From positions 1 through 64,000 of the forward strand of contig NW_026936166.1 in NCBI RefSeq assembly GCF_032062105.1: 64,000 nucleotides of DNA, in the 5' to 3' direction. Source of the DNA: Saccostrea cucullata. Its lineage: Eukaryota. Numbering within the stretch: the stretch's first letter is position 1; each line of letters begins with the position of its first letter. The translations under genes and the position numbers were made by a program. Shown here in pieces: positions 13,926-26,271 of the stretch. The notes under the pieces are model-generated. The model searched no databases, was not told the DNA's origin, and was given only the letters and a program-made list of their open reading frames with translations.

Positions 13926-14630
13926 TGTTCTGTCGCTATGACCCCTGGTCTTCTGACAGATAGTTTACCCACAGATTGACAACAACAATTCTGGCTAAGT
14001 TGCATCAATGTATTATGTGATTGTGGTAAAAGACTGAAATATAAACAAAGACACAATGAAACACTTGAATTTCATACAAAATAAACTTACATTCATATTA
14101 AACTGGTATTTCCTATAGTTGAAAGAAATTACTATGAATAATAGCAACAATGTAAATAGGATTTATGACACTAAATGGCTTCCATAGAAATAAAATTTTG
14201 CAGCATGACATTTAGAAGTATTAAACCACAAATATTAGATCAAAACTATTAAAATATATTCCAGATAACTTGTAACATTATCAATCTATCGCTTAGCAAA
14301 TAATTCATAGGCAGATGTACAAATTAAAACAAGGCTATGTTTACATTATCAACAGACGACAAGTTTCAAGTATGAAAGCTTCAATTAAATACATAAAACT
14401 GCTTTAGGCCTCTAAAAAAGGTATAAACATATAGAGATAATCATTTGACAGAATAATTAAGTGTTTACAAATAAATACATACTCTGTGATAGGCCAAAAT
14501 TATGGAGAAATTGTCGAAGTAAAAGCACGTTAACAAATGGCGGGCTTATATGCAACAATTTTACCAAAAAACACAAAAGAGTTCCAACATGAAAAATCAA
14601 TACGTAAAGAGAGATAACTCTTAACACTTG
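13926..14630 (-). repeat. BEL 5' LTR, missing its outer 8 nt
   Basis: Matches 7486-8205 with about 7 substitutions and 2 indels counted by eye. The match stops at ...TTAACACTTG, and the terminal ACAGAACA is absent. Confidence 0.93.
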
Positions 14631-15610
14631 TTTTACACCAAGATATTTAGGTGATGTTGAAAAGCCATATTTGGAAACGAAAGAATTTTTTTTCAAATAC
14701 AAAATTAAGATAATACACATCAAATTTTGTTAACTATATACATTTATGAAACCGTTTAAGCACATTTTTAAAATGGTGTGGAATCTTTGATTCAATTATT
14801 AGTAAAAACAAAACAGGCATAATTTTCATTTAAACGAAATTATTTTCTTTTTATCTTAAAGAGGTTTTATCAAATCTGACGATAAGCTAAATAATGACAA
14901 TCTTCTTTAAATTGCTTCATTATTTGATTCTTTATTAATCTGTTCAGAGATACGCACCTTATTTTAAATATAAGAAGGTAAGATATTTCGCCATTACCTG
15001 GTTTTGTTGTGTTTGTTAAATATCACGTAAATATCGCACATAGATATCATACAAAAATAAAAGTATCTTCGGGGAAAAATGATTATATTATTTCAAATTA
15101 TTGAATTTTATGAATTTTCTTATCTGTATTCTTGACAAAGGGTTGAATTGATAATTCAAGTTATGACTTATCTATAGGGTTTATTTCCACTTTCCAATCA
15201 TTAAATTTCTGACCCCCCCCCCTTTCCACCAATTAATCTGTTGATTATTTCAAATGCTTAATTGGTTGTGAAAACTTTATCGTCAAATCTCAAAAACAAA
15301 ACAAAGTTACCCCCACCACCCTTAAAAAAATTGTTAATAATTTCAGTTGCTTATTACATGTGCTCTATAGAGCAATATACATTCTACATTCATATAAGGT
15401 AAATTGAATTTCAGTACCACTAAAGCATAGACGCATACCTTCTAAATTCTATGTCTAAGCAACAATTTAAATGGGAAAAATTAGGTGCACAATATAATAC
15501 ATGTATTTCTTGCAAAGCAATAAAAATGGAAATGGATTCAATTTCGACCGCTTTCTTGACACCCAACATCCACAGCCGTCTTTTATGTTTTTTAACAAAT
15601 ACATTCCAAA

Positions 15611-15938
15611 TACTGACTTTAAGAGCTTCTTAATTTTTTAAAATTATTTATCAACATATTTATATATACATATATATATTTTTAGCAAATAAAAGCTTGA
15701 ATATGACGTGCACCGTAAGTGAGCAATGTACTGCCACCAGAGGAGCAGGAAATTGTTCAATGAATGGAAAGAATAATACTGACTTTAAGAGCTTCTTAAT
15801 TTTTTAAAATTATTTATCAACATATTTATATATATATATATTTTTAGCAAATAAAAGCTTGAATATGACGTGCACCGTAAGTGAGCAATGTACTGCCACC
15901 AGAGGAGCAGGAAATTGTTCAATGAATGGAAAGAATAA
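15611..15938 (+). repeat. ~165-bp tandem duplication covering an acceptor site and two-thirds of an EB exon
   Basis: 15611-15776 and 15777-15938 are nearly identical except for (TA)n length. Confidence 0.93.
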
Positions 15939-16244
15939 AGTATGCCACTGTTCTCAAAACTATGAACTTGTGAATGGAACATGCTTAAAGGGTTCGTAGA
16001 CTAAAGACAATGATCCTTTTATTCTCTACAAATATATCCCACTTTATGTTTCATTCTGAGCACCGATATAATTAGCATTTCATTTAACTTGTAATCAAAT
16101 GTTCTTGACCATAATATGATTTCTGTTTTAAAACATACATCAAAGTCAGAAAAAAAGAATGCGTAATATATGTTCTAGTGAAATTATTGTTCAGATATAT
16201 GAGAGCATGTTCATTAAAAAAAGTTTATGACTTATGAAACATAT

Positions 16245-17455
16245 GGAGATGATAGCGAACAGTAGGCAAGATCAAAAGTCCATAAAACGATACAAAATAG
16301 TAGCAGGGCAAACACGGACCTCCAAAACATTAGAGGTGGGATCATGCCATGGAGGAGTGAGCATTCCCTGACGACCGGCCACACCTTCTGTGTTCTTCAT
16401 GTCATGATCAGGAAATGACGGAAAACCCATCGTCAATTCAGTGTATAAATAACAGACTAACAATTAGTATGAAAAACATCAGTCAACACTTGACGCAAGG
16501 ATAAATTGTATTTGACAGGTCAAATGACAAGGTTATTATATCGACCATAGAAATTTTGAAATCATTACCTCAAACGAGAACAATTTGTTTCATCGACTTG
16601 TTTGTCAATAATTTACATCATCTTAAAATTTGTTCATACATAGAGCATGCATTTGCGTATCGAATCAACTGAGATATATAAACTCCCTATGCATGTGATG
16701 AAGGAATATTGCTGCACAAGTAAGGGAAGTTGACGATAGAAAAGTTAAAGTTTTCACGTTTTTCATAGAACTTGGTTGTTAGATTACCATTAACGTCTTT
16801 CAAGTAAATTATCCCCAACAAAAATGAAACAGATGTGTCAGACTCTATGGTATCTTTTATCTCAAGCTCACCAGACTATATCGTATCGACATAAGAATGG
16901 AAATTACCATTGTTTATTGACAATACATAGTCGGTATATCTAAATGTCGAGTTGAAGGCCACAACAAGTGTTTTCATCTTTTCACGCATAAGATTTTGCA
17001 CGATTTCTGCTTAATATGAATGCAAGAATAAATGTGCTAATAAAGGGCGGAATTGGAACCATGGGAATACCAATTGTTTGAAGATCTGATCACCAAAAAC
17101 AACATAGATATTGTCAATCAGAAACTCAAACATCTTTTTGAAGTCAACTTCAGAGTGCTTGTCTGTATGATCGAAATGTTTTTACAAAATAATTAAGTAA
17201 ATGAGCAATGGCATGGTAAATTTACGAGTTCCATTTTTATTGAAAAAGCAGCTGTCAATAATATCTAAAAGTCTGAAGTTTAATTTATCGTGGGGAATAT
17301 TAACATGATTAACCTGCTGATTTTTGTAAAATTTTGATTTCAAATTGTCCAAAAGTTCCTTGCAGTTTTTAAGTATCCATATCTTATTTAAATCACTTCT
17401 TGAATATATTGTTGCACAGTACTCCTGAAGTTTCTCCTTCACAACTGTTGATATC
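16245..17455 (-). mobile_element. Penelope-like (Naiad-type) RT fragment with 3' end
   Basis: KEKLQEYCATIYSRS..IWILKN.KELL, GIPM, FNSTFRY and ISQLIRYA motifs in broken frames. The RT thumb is followed directly by the shared 3' end, with no C-terminal GIY-YIG. Confidence 0.88.
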
Positions 17456-17871
17456 TAATAGTCCATGAGCCACTGGGGGTGGTCGGTACCATTTTGGGTG
17501 AATAAACTTGATAGTGATAATTGGTAAGGTATACCCCTAACGAGTGTGAAAATGTATGATAGCATCAAATCAGTTGTGGCTTTAATGCTGGAGACACAGT
17601 TATTGCCCTTTATTTGCTCAAATTAGGTAGTTTGAACTAATTATATTTGCAACCTGCAAAGTGTTTTTCACACAGTTGCCAACCGTGATAGAAAGTTTTA
17701 CCAGAATACTCCGAGATATGATGAACATATTAAAAGAGCATTAACTGAGTTACTAGCCGTGATTCTAACAAAAAATGCATATTTTTACCCCTTTTATTCA
17801 ACAATTATATGTATCTCAAAAATTTGTATAATGAAAAGATAAGTACCAACGCACATATATTAGTTTAGTTA

Positions 17872-19645
17872 TTCGTCCGTCGGTGACGACGATGACCCCT
17901 GTCTCATTTTTGTTGTGGAAGGGGGATGACCTGGACGGTGGGTGTTGAGGTGACTGGTCAGGCAGATCCTCGCACAAGCAGATGATGGAGTTTTCCGATT
18001 AGAGCCATGCCCCCTTCCTTCTAAATCTCAGCTGGGATGGAGTATCGGGATATCGGCCAGGTGCATTGCCAGTTGAAAACAGACTAATTGCTTTCTGGAT
18101 CTCATCCAATGTGGGAACGGCATCCAGTGACTATTTGATGGGATTCTGGGTAGACGGTTGATGGCTTCGTCGTTGATGGTAGAAGGACGGTTCAGAACAC
18201 CAATGAAATGTTCCGCTCACCTGTCCAGTATCTTTTCCTTCTCTCTGATGAGTGTTAACTCGTCATCACTGAGGAGAAGGGACGAGCCTGATGGAGTTGG
18301 CCCGTAGACTTCTCCAAGTACACAGTAAAAGTTTTTCCTAGGCCTGTCATGAGATTCGGCGTAAGTTGGATCTCGTCAGCTTTGGTCCAGGAGTCCTGCA
18401 TATCCCGAAGTTGTTGCTGTGCTATGCTGCCAGCGTTCCTCAGAGCGTCTTTCATGGTTGTAGAGGTGGGATCATCTTTATGAGCCTTGGAAGCGCGATG
18501 ATTGTCCTCAAGAAGCTGCATGATCTCGGGTTGGTTCTCATCAAACCAGTCTTTGTGTTATTTTTGGTGGAGGGCCCAAGACACTCAAAGACTGTACTGT
18601 ACACAGTATTAAGAACTGTGCCCCATGCAGCACGGTGGAGTTCAGGCGTTCTTCCAGGGTGTCAGCAAAGTACGGAGAGAGGTAAAGGCAACTTGAGCTT
18701 ACCAACGTTGAGACGTTTTGAAGCCTTAGTCTCTTGAGGACGTATCCTGAGTTTGATCCGGAAGTTTAGTGGTGAAGTTTAAAGACTGTGAGACAGTGAT
18801 CTTTCCAGCACTCCGCGCCGCACATAGCCTTGGTGAACAGATGAACTGTCTGTCTGTTTCTCATCCTGACAATGACGTTGTCCTGATCCTTGTTTTTTCT
18901 TGTTCTCTTTATTTCGCATGTGTTTGGTTCACATCAGCCGCGGAAAACTGGCTAGGGAAAGTTTGGAATACCTTTTATAATCTGCTCCTCTTGTCATGGA
19001 GGTGAGCAGTGCGTTCCTAAAGAGGACTGCTCAGTAACACAGGGGGCTGCCGAACTCCACCGCTGCTCTGGTCCGTGAAGAGCGACCATATGGTCTGTGC
19101 CGCCTGTGTGCAGGTCCACGACTACCGACTTCCAGTGAACCCGCACCTGTCACCTTCGTTGCTCGCCTGTCGCCACAGGGCTTTGGGTTGGATGATAGAA
19201 GGGATGGAAGATGCTCATTGTCTTGCGCTATGAGTTTGAATAAAATGAAGAAGGGTTGCACGTCGCCGACCTCACTCTATCGCCCGCAACCATCTAGATC
19301 CAGTGGCAAGACAGATGTTAGGACGTCTGGAGATGAAGACAGATACAACAGAAGACTAAGACGTGCTATATGTGCCGTGCCTTGCTCGAAGCATTCCACG
19401 GTGCTTGCTGTGTCTGCCTTCTTCTCCGTTGACCCATGACGGTTTCCTCCGCAGAGTCCGCCGGTGCACATTCTTTACATGCGTTATGGGTAGGCAAGCC
19501 CTCAATCAACAGGGTGTGAGACCCGTCAGCGCTTTGTGTAGAGAGTGCTCTCCTAGAGGGATCTCCCTTAAGAGGGTTCTTTTTACCCGGACTAGTGGAG
19601 GGAAGGGTCGTTACGCCATTGCAGGTCGTGAGACACAGCCCACAA
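17872..19645 (-). mobile_element. RTE-clade LINE, internally deleted, retaining the 5' UTR and 3' end
   Basis: Broken ORF with DWFDENQPEIMQLLE..LRDMQDSW..KADEIQ..VYGP..EHF..LNRPS..GNAPG, the linker between APE and RT in RTE elements. GC-rich 5' UTR at 19000-19645; 3' end GTCATCGTCGTCACCGACGGACGAA. Confidence 0.82.
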
Positions 19646-22600
19646 AATCAAGTTATATTTATTTTTTACTGACAAAATGTTTTGAAATACTAATACGTGA
19701 TAGAAATTCTTTAAATAAAATGACCATGCAATATGTTTTTTGTGTGAAAATTGTCACAGTAGTAATTTGTTCAAAATTTCAACATTGCATACATGTATTC
19801 CACTTTTATGACCAAGGGTAGATTTATATTCCTATATAATTTAGACGGCTCTTTTCAGAGGCAATATTGAATGATAATTGAATAGGGTAAATCATGGTCT
19901 GCATTCAAAAGAATTTTCAAGAAAATATCTTTCGAAATAAGATATAAATTGCGTATTGAAAAACCAACGTTTTTCTTTCAAAGACACGGCTGAGAAAATG
20001 AACAAGTTGGGTTGGTGTATACAAACGGCTGACACACCATTAAAGCCACAATCAATTGAATGCTATCATACATTTTCTGAAGGTAGAGATGTATGTCCTT
20101 CAAAAATTAACTATGAAATTTATTCACCCGAGATGGTACAAATACCGAAATATTCATGGCCTGGCTCATGGACTATAAGTGAGGAGTAAAGAAAGAGGTT
20201 TGGTTGATTATTTACTGAAATCCGCCATGAATCTTTGTTTGTAAGAATTCTTATGAAGTTTTGGAATTTAATATGCAGGGTACATACGGTATTTCAAATT
20301 CATTTTGGTTCTTTACGATATTCAATATATATACAAAACTGATCACGTAATCTATCTAATTCTTTTTTTTAGTTCTGGATTACTAAATACTGAAGGATAG
20401 ATTGTTTTCATATTGCCCCTCAATCTTTTAATACGTGTTTTTAACATGGATCTGATACATTTAATCCATTTTGACAAAATGTATATAATCCTTAAAAATG
20501 TGAGTTCCACAGCAGTTTTGAATACCACAGAGGCACCTACACCATGTTATAATCAAATAATGTTAATAGGATTATTTTTTATTTCCCATCAAATTTTATG
20601 CTTTATATTATATTCTAAAATTATTAGGTATAAACTTGAATTACATTGAACACTTGGTATTTCTAGAAATAATATGCAGTTTATTAAAATTTCTGTTTTC
20701 AACGAAATGTTGCATTTTATTTATACCATCCAAATGAATGATTTCTGCTTTAAAAGTAATGTTTTTATTTAGCTGTATGAGTCGAGTAAAATACTTGAAG
20801 GAGAAAATCCTTTCGTTTTAATTTTGATCATTGTAGGCAAAAGGCGACTTGGCGAAAGTTGCTCTTTAAGTATACAATGTTCTGGAAGCGAAAATGCTGG
20901 AAAGTGTAAAACTCAGAATTATCTGGAAACTTTAACCAAGAGAAATCATGCCAATGCGACGATAACTTCCTACCGGTGCTAGGACTCTGTCTTCCGGGTA
21001 TATACATGTATACATAGATACAACAATCGTTTGAAATATTCTGATTTTCAAAATATATGTAACATTAAATAAAAAAGGGTTTAAAATAGTTGAGTTAAAT
21101 GTATTTAAACTGAAATACAAAAGATTTACACTCTGATAGAAAAAAAATTATATTTACATGTTTTATTCCAGGTAATTTATCAGTAGGAAATGAATGCTAC
21201 CTTTCATCACAGTGTTCCAGTACAAGACATGCAGATCGATGTGTTGATGGATATTGTCACTGTCAAGAAGGATTTCTTCTAAAGGAACAAAAGTGCTTAC
21301 CTGGTAAGAGAAAAGTTAAAATTTATTTTATTTAGTTAATACTTTACATAAAATAAAAAGTCTTATGTTAAAATGTTCTGATGATGACCTTCGGAGGCCC
21401 TGCATCAGGTGCATGTAGGTTGAAGACGCATTGCACAACCATGGCTGAAAACGAAAAATTCTTTAAAAAATAGTGAAACCACCCGAGTTTCAAAATTCTA
21501 TTGTTTCAATTTTTTGTCATATCTGTAAGTTTAGTTTCATTATATACCACAGGTACACTGCTTCTTGGAGAAAGCTGTGAATTTAATGAACAGTGCAGTG
21601 GTACAAAAAATGCTGGAAGCTGCAAATATGCAGGAAGTGTAAATTTTACAGTTAGTAAACAATGCAATTGTGATGAGGGTTATTCAAATTTTCGTGGAGA
21701 CTGTCTTCCAGGTATGAATGCACGATTTGACAAATCCCTTTTTTCAAATTTTTCAATAAATCAAATTACATTTGTTAGAAGTAGTTCTCCCATTTTTTTT
21801 ATTTAGGCAATTTATCTGTTGGTCAGGAATGTTTTCGCTCTCCGCAGTGCACTAATGCAGATCCTGCTGTACGATGTGTTGATGGTCACTGTCTCTGTAT
21901 GGATGGATATCAAATGAGGGGACGGAAATGTGTCGATGGTCCGAAAAACCGTTCATGGGAATTTTGGCACGCATGTGCGTTTTTGTTAGATTGATTTAAA
22001 TTAACACTATAAAGCCTTTTCCTTAAAATTCATTGTAAAGTATTGATAGCATACTATTACAATTTTGATTTAATTTTGTCACAATTTGCGATAATGGCAT
22101 GAAAATATTCCGTAACTGTAAACAAGCTTTGAAAAAAAGCGAAAAAAGCGTAAATAGTACGTGTAAACAAATACTGTATATCAAGTGCACAAAAAAAATG
22201 AAAAAAAAAATCTGCACACGTGCACATACACACCACTCAAACCAACACCACTCATACAAATAAAAAGCAACAAAGTAATCACGAACAGAAGAAAAGTTTC
22301 AATACACCGACTAAAATATCTACTAATCCAACCCGTCAATGTTTCTTTGCCATGTACAAATATCCGAAGATCTCTGTATAAGTGTGACGGAAGATTTAAC
22401 TGCTCTGTTCGAATTATCCATACAAACAGTCGTTGCCAAGAGTTCCTGTAACTTCCGGTGCGACGCAAGGTAACTGTCAACGTCTTATATACATGTAATA
22501 CATGTATAACCAAGCAGCAAGACAAATGTTAAAGTTTGCATCATTTATTAAGGAAATAAAAGCACTGAAATACAATAAACAAAGTATAAAAGTCAAAATT

Positions 22601-24313
22601 ACAGACTGAGATTATGAGAAAAATAAGATAATTTAGTACCTACAGTAAACGTTTCAGAAAAATGATCTCCATGAAAAAAAATGTGTCATGTAAACAATTC
22701 AAATTATGTATATATCTAGTATATTATCAAGCACAGACAATATACTTTACCAAATTATCGAATAATGAATTTATAGCAAATTAAAAAAAAAACACTTGCA
22801 AAGAATATAAACAGTTCCAACTCATCGCTGTAAATGGTCTAAAAATTTCTCGATTATATCGACAAAAGAAAACATCTAACACACTAGACATTCGGACCTA
22901 ATGTATGGAAATATCTCTCTAACACACAGGTAAAATAACATTTTACTTATGGCGAACACATCTCACTTTTACAGCCTTTTACACACTGACATGTCGACAA
23001 ATTGTACAAGTCGTGACTAACTATTTCTAACGACTATATAATGAACATGAGACTATGGTACACAATAATTAACAAAATAGAATTTAATAAAAATTGTGAC
23101 AAATTCAACAGACTCTTTCTTGGACCTACTTGATATAGGATTTCATTAAACTTTACTTTATAAATATTTTTTGAAGACACAAATAAAGAAAACACAAAGA
23201 AACAAAAAGATAAAAGATTTGTTTTCATATACATTTTATTATTTTTATGGAATTTTGAGTTATGAATTTTCTCCTTTAGTAATAATAATAATAATACTAA
23301 AACTACTACTAATTAAGCAATAATCAATTATAATAAAGTGGAAGATATCTTTATCATCGCTGGAGTTATTGGATATTTTCTTGGCTTAACCTCTTCAATT
23401 TGTGCTTCAGTTGTTTTCAAGAAAATTTGGAAGCGTTCGAAGTAAGTGAATAAAAAGTTTTTGAGTGTAGTTAGAGATTTGAGAATTTACATCTTACAAG
23501 GAAAATAAAAAAGAATGCTGCATTTCTTTTCACCTTTAAAACAATGTATTTTATGTAAGTTTCATTAAAATTTTACAGGTCTTTTTCTCACAAAAATGTA
23601 CGTAATAAATAATTTTAATCATTTAGCAGATATCGCAATACGCCTATCCTGCAGAATGGAAGCAATTTAGCACTCCAAAATGTATTGTACAAGCATTCCG
23701 AAAGAGCCGTTTGCGTCGGTGAATCACAGATTCAAATTCAAAAAATCCGGAAAAATATTTAATACAATAATGATCCATATTCATGCATCGAAGAGACATA
23801 TAATCATATAAATGACAACACCCATTTAACGCCAAATAACGAATTGTACGACTTTGCAGGACATATAGAGATTGACAAGTCAGAAGGTACGTACAGCTTA
23901 GCAAAGGCTCTCCCGTCCTCCAAAACTGGATGCAACAGTTGATCTCAAGCTTGTTTATATATTCACATTGCCATTATAAATATGTGAAACTCTGGTGATA
24001 TTAAGTTCACTGTTAGAATCATTTAGGTTTCTCTTTGAACATTAATAACGTTTGTTATACCTTTAAAAAATTGTCCCTATGCAAATCTTAATGGAAAAAA
24101 TGTCTAACATTTTAGTTTTACTGAGTGGGTATGGAAAAAATCGTTGATTGACCTGTCGATGAGATGTTGGACCGCTACAATGTATGCCACACAGTTGGCG
24201 GAGCTAAATTCCATACGCATTCCTTAGTATTCGATCAAATTCAAAATCAGATCATATCACGGAATTTATATACAAGACAAATTTTTGTAGAAAAAAATAA
24301 GTATAAACAAAAC

Positions 24314-24461
24314 ATTTATTGACTGTGTTCTCGGGGAAAATGGTTTTTTTTCGACCCATAAACTAAATTGTTTATCTGCCTTTGGCCTGACGATCTCAGG
24401 CAAGCAGTTTGATTCTTGGGTCCGACAAAACGCATGTTGTCCTCGAACTTAGTAAATAAAT
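24314..24461. repeat. Degenerate long palindrome of the same design
   Basis: ATTTATTGACT...TCGACCCA / TGGGTCCGAC...AGTAAATAAAT. Confidence 0.55.
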
Positions 24462-25080
24462 ACATATTCATAACATTTCTCTATTTACTTTCGGATTAAT
24501 AAGATCGAACGGTGTTGCTGATTAATATGATATCTAGTGCAATGATAGCATTACTGGGATTATGTGGAATATTCAGGAATAAATGTTCGTACATGTAATA
24601 GTTTACATCAACTAGAGTTTATTTCAATCACCAATGTATACAGCAATGAAAAGAAGACGTGCATTTTACATATGGACTTTCTTGTTTTAAAGTCACATAT
24701 GGATTATTTTTGATAAGTTTAGACAAAATAAAATTTAAAAGTTCTAGAAGTACATGTACAGAAGCATTGAAATATTTAAATAAATAAGTTCATATCGGTG
24801 AAAAATTTAATTGAAAGTAGTTAAAAAATATCAATTTCTTCAATGATCTCAATTTTTTTTTACCTCAGATATATGTATGCTATATCAATGTGATAGTTGT
24901 TATCCTTACCATCTGCTTTGTCTTATTGTTTACCTAATTGAAATATTTGAAGGAAATTATGTAAGTTTCGCAACATTTTTTGTATTTCGTCAAGAAAAAG
25001 AAAACTGAATTCCTAGATACTGGTGGATAAGTCTTGAAATCATATTTCAAATTTTGTACTTACATGTATGTCTTCGTAGA

Positions 25081-25370
25081 GGTCTTCAGCGTGGTGCAGA
25101 GGCTAGAGCGTCTGCTCTAGAGTCTCGAAGTAAGGATTGATCCTTACGTCGCGGGTTTGAATCTTACTGTGGGACTTGGAGACCGGTCTTTCGGATGAGA
25201 CCGTATAAACTGGGCTCCCGTGTCGCAGTAGGTTCTTGCATGCAAAAAATCTTCACAGCTCAATGGCCCTTAGTGCCACTTTAAAGGACAAAATTTGAAG
25301 CTCTCCATCGGCAAGTGGTGGCGTCTCCATATGAATGAAAAATTCTCCAGAGATACGTTAAATAACACAG
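25081..25370 (+). mobile_element. tRNA-derived SINE
   Basis: A box GTGGTGCAGAGG, B box GGTTTGAATC, and a central TTCGGATGAGACCGTATAAAC segment that resembles, from memory, the Deu/Nin SINE domain. Confidence 0.85.
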
Positions 25371-26213
25371 TCTTTGTAGAATATTGTAATTTCTTCATTT
25401 TGTAAGTCCATTTAATAGTGTTCGGACACAGAAAAAAATAGGTTCCTTATTCTCAAGTAGACTTAATAAATTTGAAATTGTGTAAAGATTAAAAAGTTGA
25501 AAAAGATAGAATATGACATTTCAATTTTGAAAACAAAAAAGCAGATATTTTAAAGTTTCATAATGAGTCTAAATCATTTGTTTCTTTTTAAGATATATGT
25601 ATAATACAGCAAAAGCTTTATGAAAACTAGGAGTTTAGAAAAGATATGACAACTAAACTGCACTGTATAAGTGCCGGAATATAAAGGTTGTGGCTACCTT
25701 TTCATTGTTTTCAAGGTCATGCCACTTGAATGTATAGCTCAAAATTGTAAACATCATTCATACTTGAATTGTGGAAAACGGGGAGAACATTTTACATCAC
25801 AAGTACAATTTAAAAAATACAGAATAAATTCGAAGATGAGAAGAAACTATTACCCTTAATATTTTTGAAAGATACATGTACCATTGAATAATCTATCAAA
25901 TAAGGAGCATAGAAAAAATAGTTTGATTATTTTATATTACACCTATTGAAAGGCATTCGTTGAAAATGAATTTCTTTTGGGTATGGATTTAAATTATTTA
26001 CCGATTTTGCTAAAACCTATGACATCACAAACGGAGGAAATTCCTTAAATATTAAAACCCCTCAGAAAAGAAATCATATTTTTTATATTTAAGAATGAAT
26101 TTTAAATTAATATTGCCATAATTTACAGAAAATGAAACAAAGTTTATATATATTCTAAAGCATTGATAGTTTGTGCATGCCTTTTAAAAGTATAAGTGTA
26201 AAATGTATTATAT

Positions 26214-26214
<1 letters not shown>

Positions 26215-26267
<53 letters not shown>
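26215..26267. repeat. (CT)n microsatellite
   Basis: About 26 perfect CT units. Confidence 0.98.

Positions 26268-26271
<4 letters not shown>

Larger units (their letters stand above)
7486..14630 (-). mobile_element. BEL/Pao LTR retrotransposon, near full length and recently inserted
   Basis: Two near-identical LTRs (7486-8213 and 13926-14630). Polypurine tract CAAGCGGGGAG abuts the 3' LTR. Gag-pol carries three Cys/His knuckles (CPIH..HLLNKC, CFRCC..HIKKDC, CKEC..ALH), protease LDDQS, RT FYVDD, RNase H FSDAS and TIPRLELCGA, and integrase DCFGP, SDRGTNF and GGVWER. Confidence 0.97.
15848..23942 (+). pseudogene. Type-I membrane protein with five EB/EGF-like six-cysteine modules, a TM helix and a Tyr-rich tail; damaged, and 5' exons not found
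   Basis: AG/GT-bounded phase-1 exons 15848-15991, 20837-20997, 21172-21303, 21553-21711 and 21807-21938 (or 21974) each encode L/V-x-x-x-C...QC...C...CxC...C. TM exon 23318-23441 (IFIIAGVIGYFLGLTSSICASVVF-KKIWKR). Terminal exon 23630-23942. Lesions: a 1-nt frameshift in the 20837 exon and an in-frame TAA at 23760. Confidence 0.8.

Noticed and set aside
18366-19821. Overlapping ORFs on both strands
   Set aside because: By-products of the GC-rich RTE 5' UTR and antisense strand.
22023-22525. Overlapping 78-114 aa ORFs
   Set aside because: Low-complexity intronic sequence without motifs or splice support.
25081-25175. tRNA gene (also at 44235 and 4900-4988)
   Set aside because: A and B boxes are present, but there is no acceptor stem, the spacing is enlarged, and each copy continues into a SINE body and tail.
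25190-25215. Hammerhead-like CGGATGAG..TAAAC in the SINE core
   Set aside because: Both catalytic boxes deviate from CUGANGA and GAAA in all three copies; better explained as the conserved SINE central domain.
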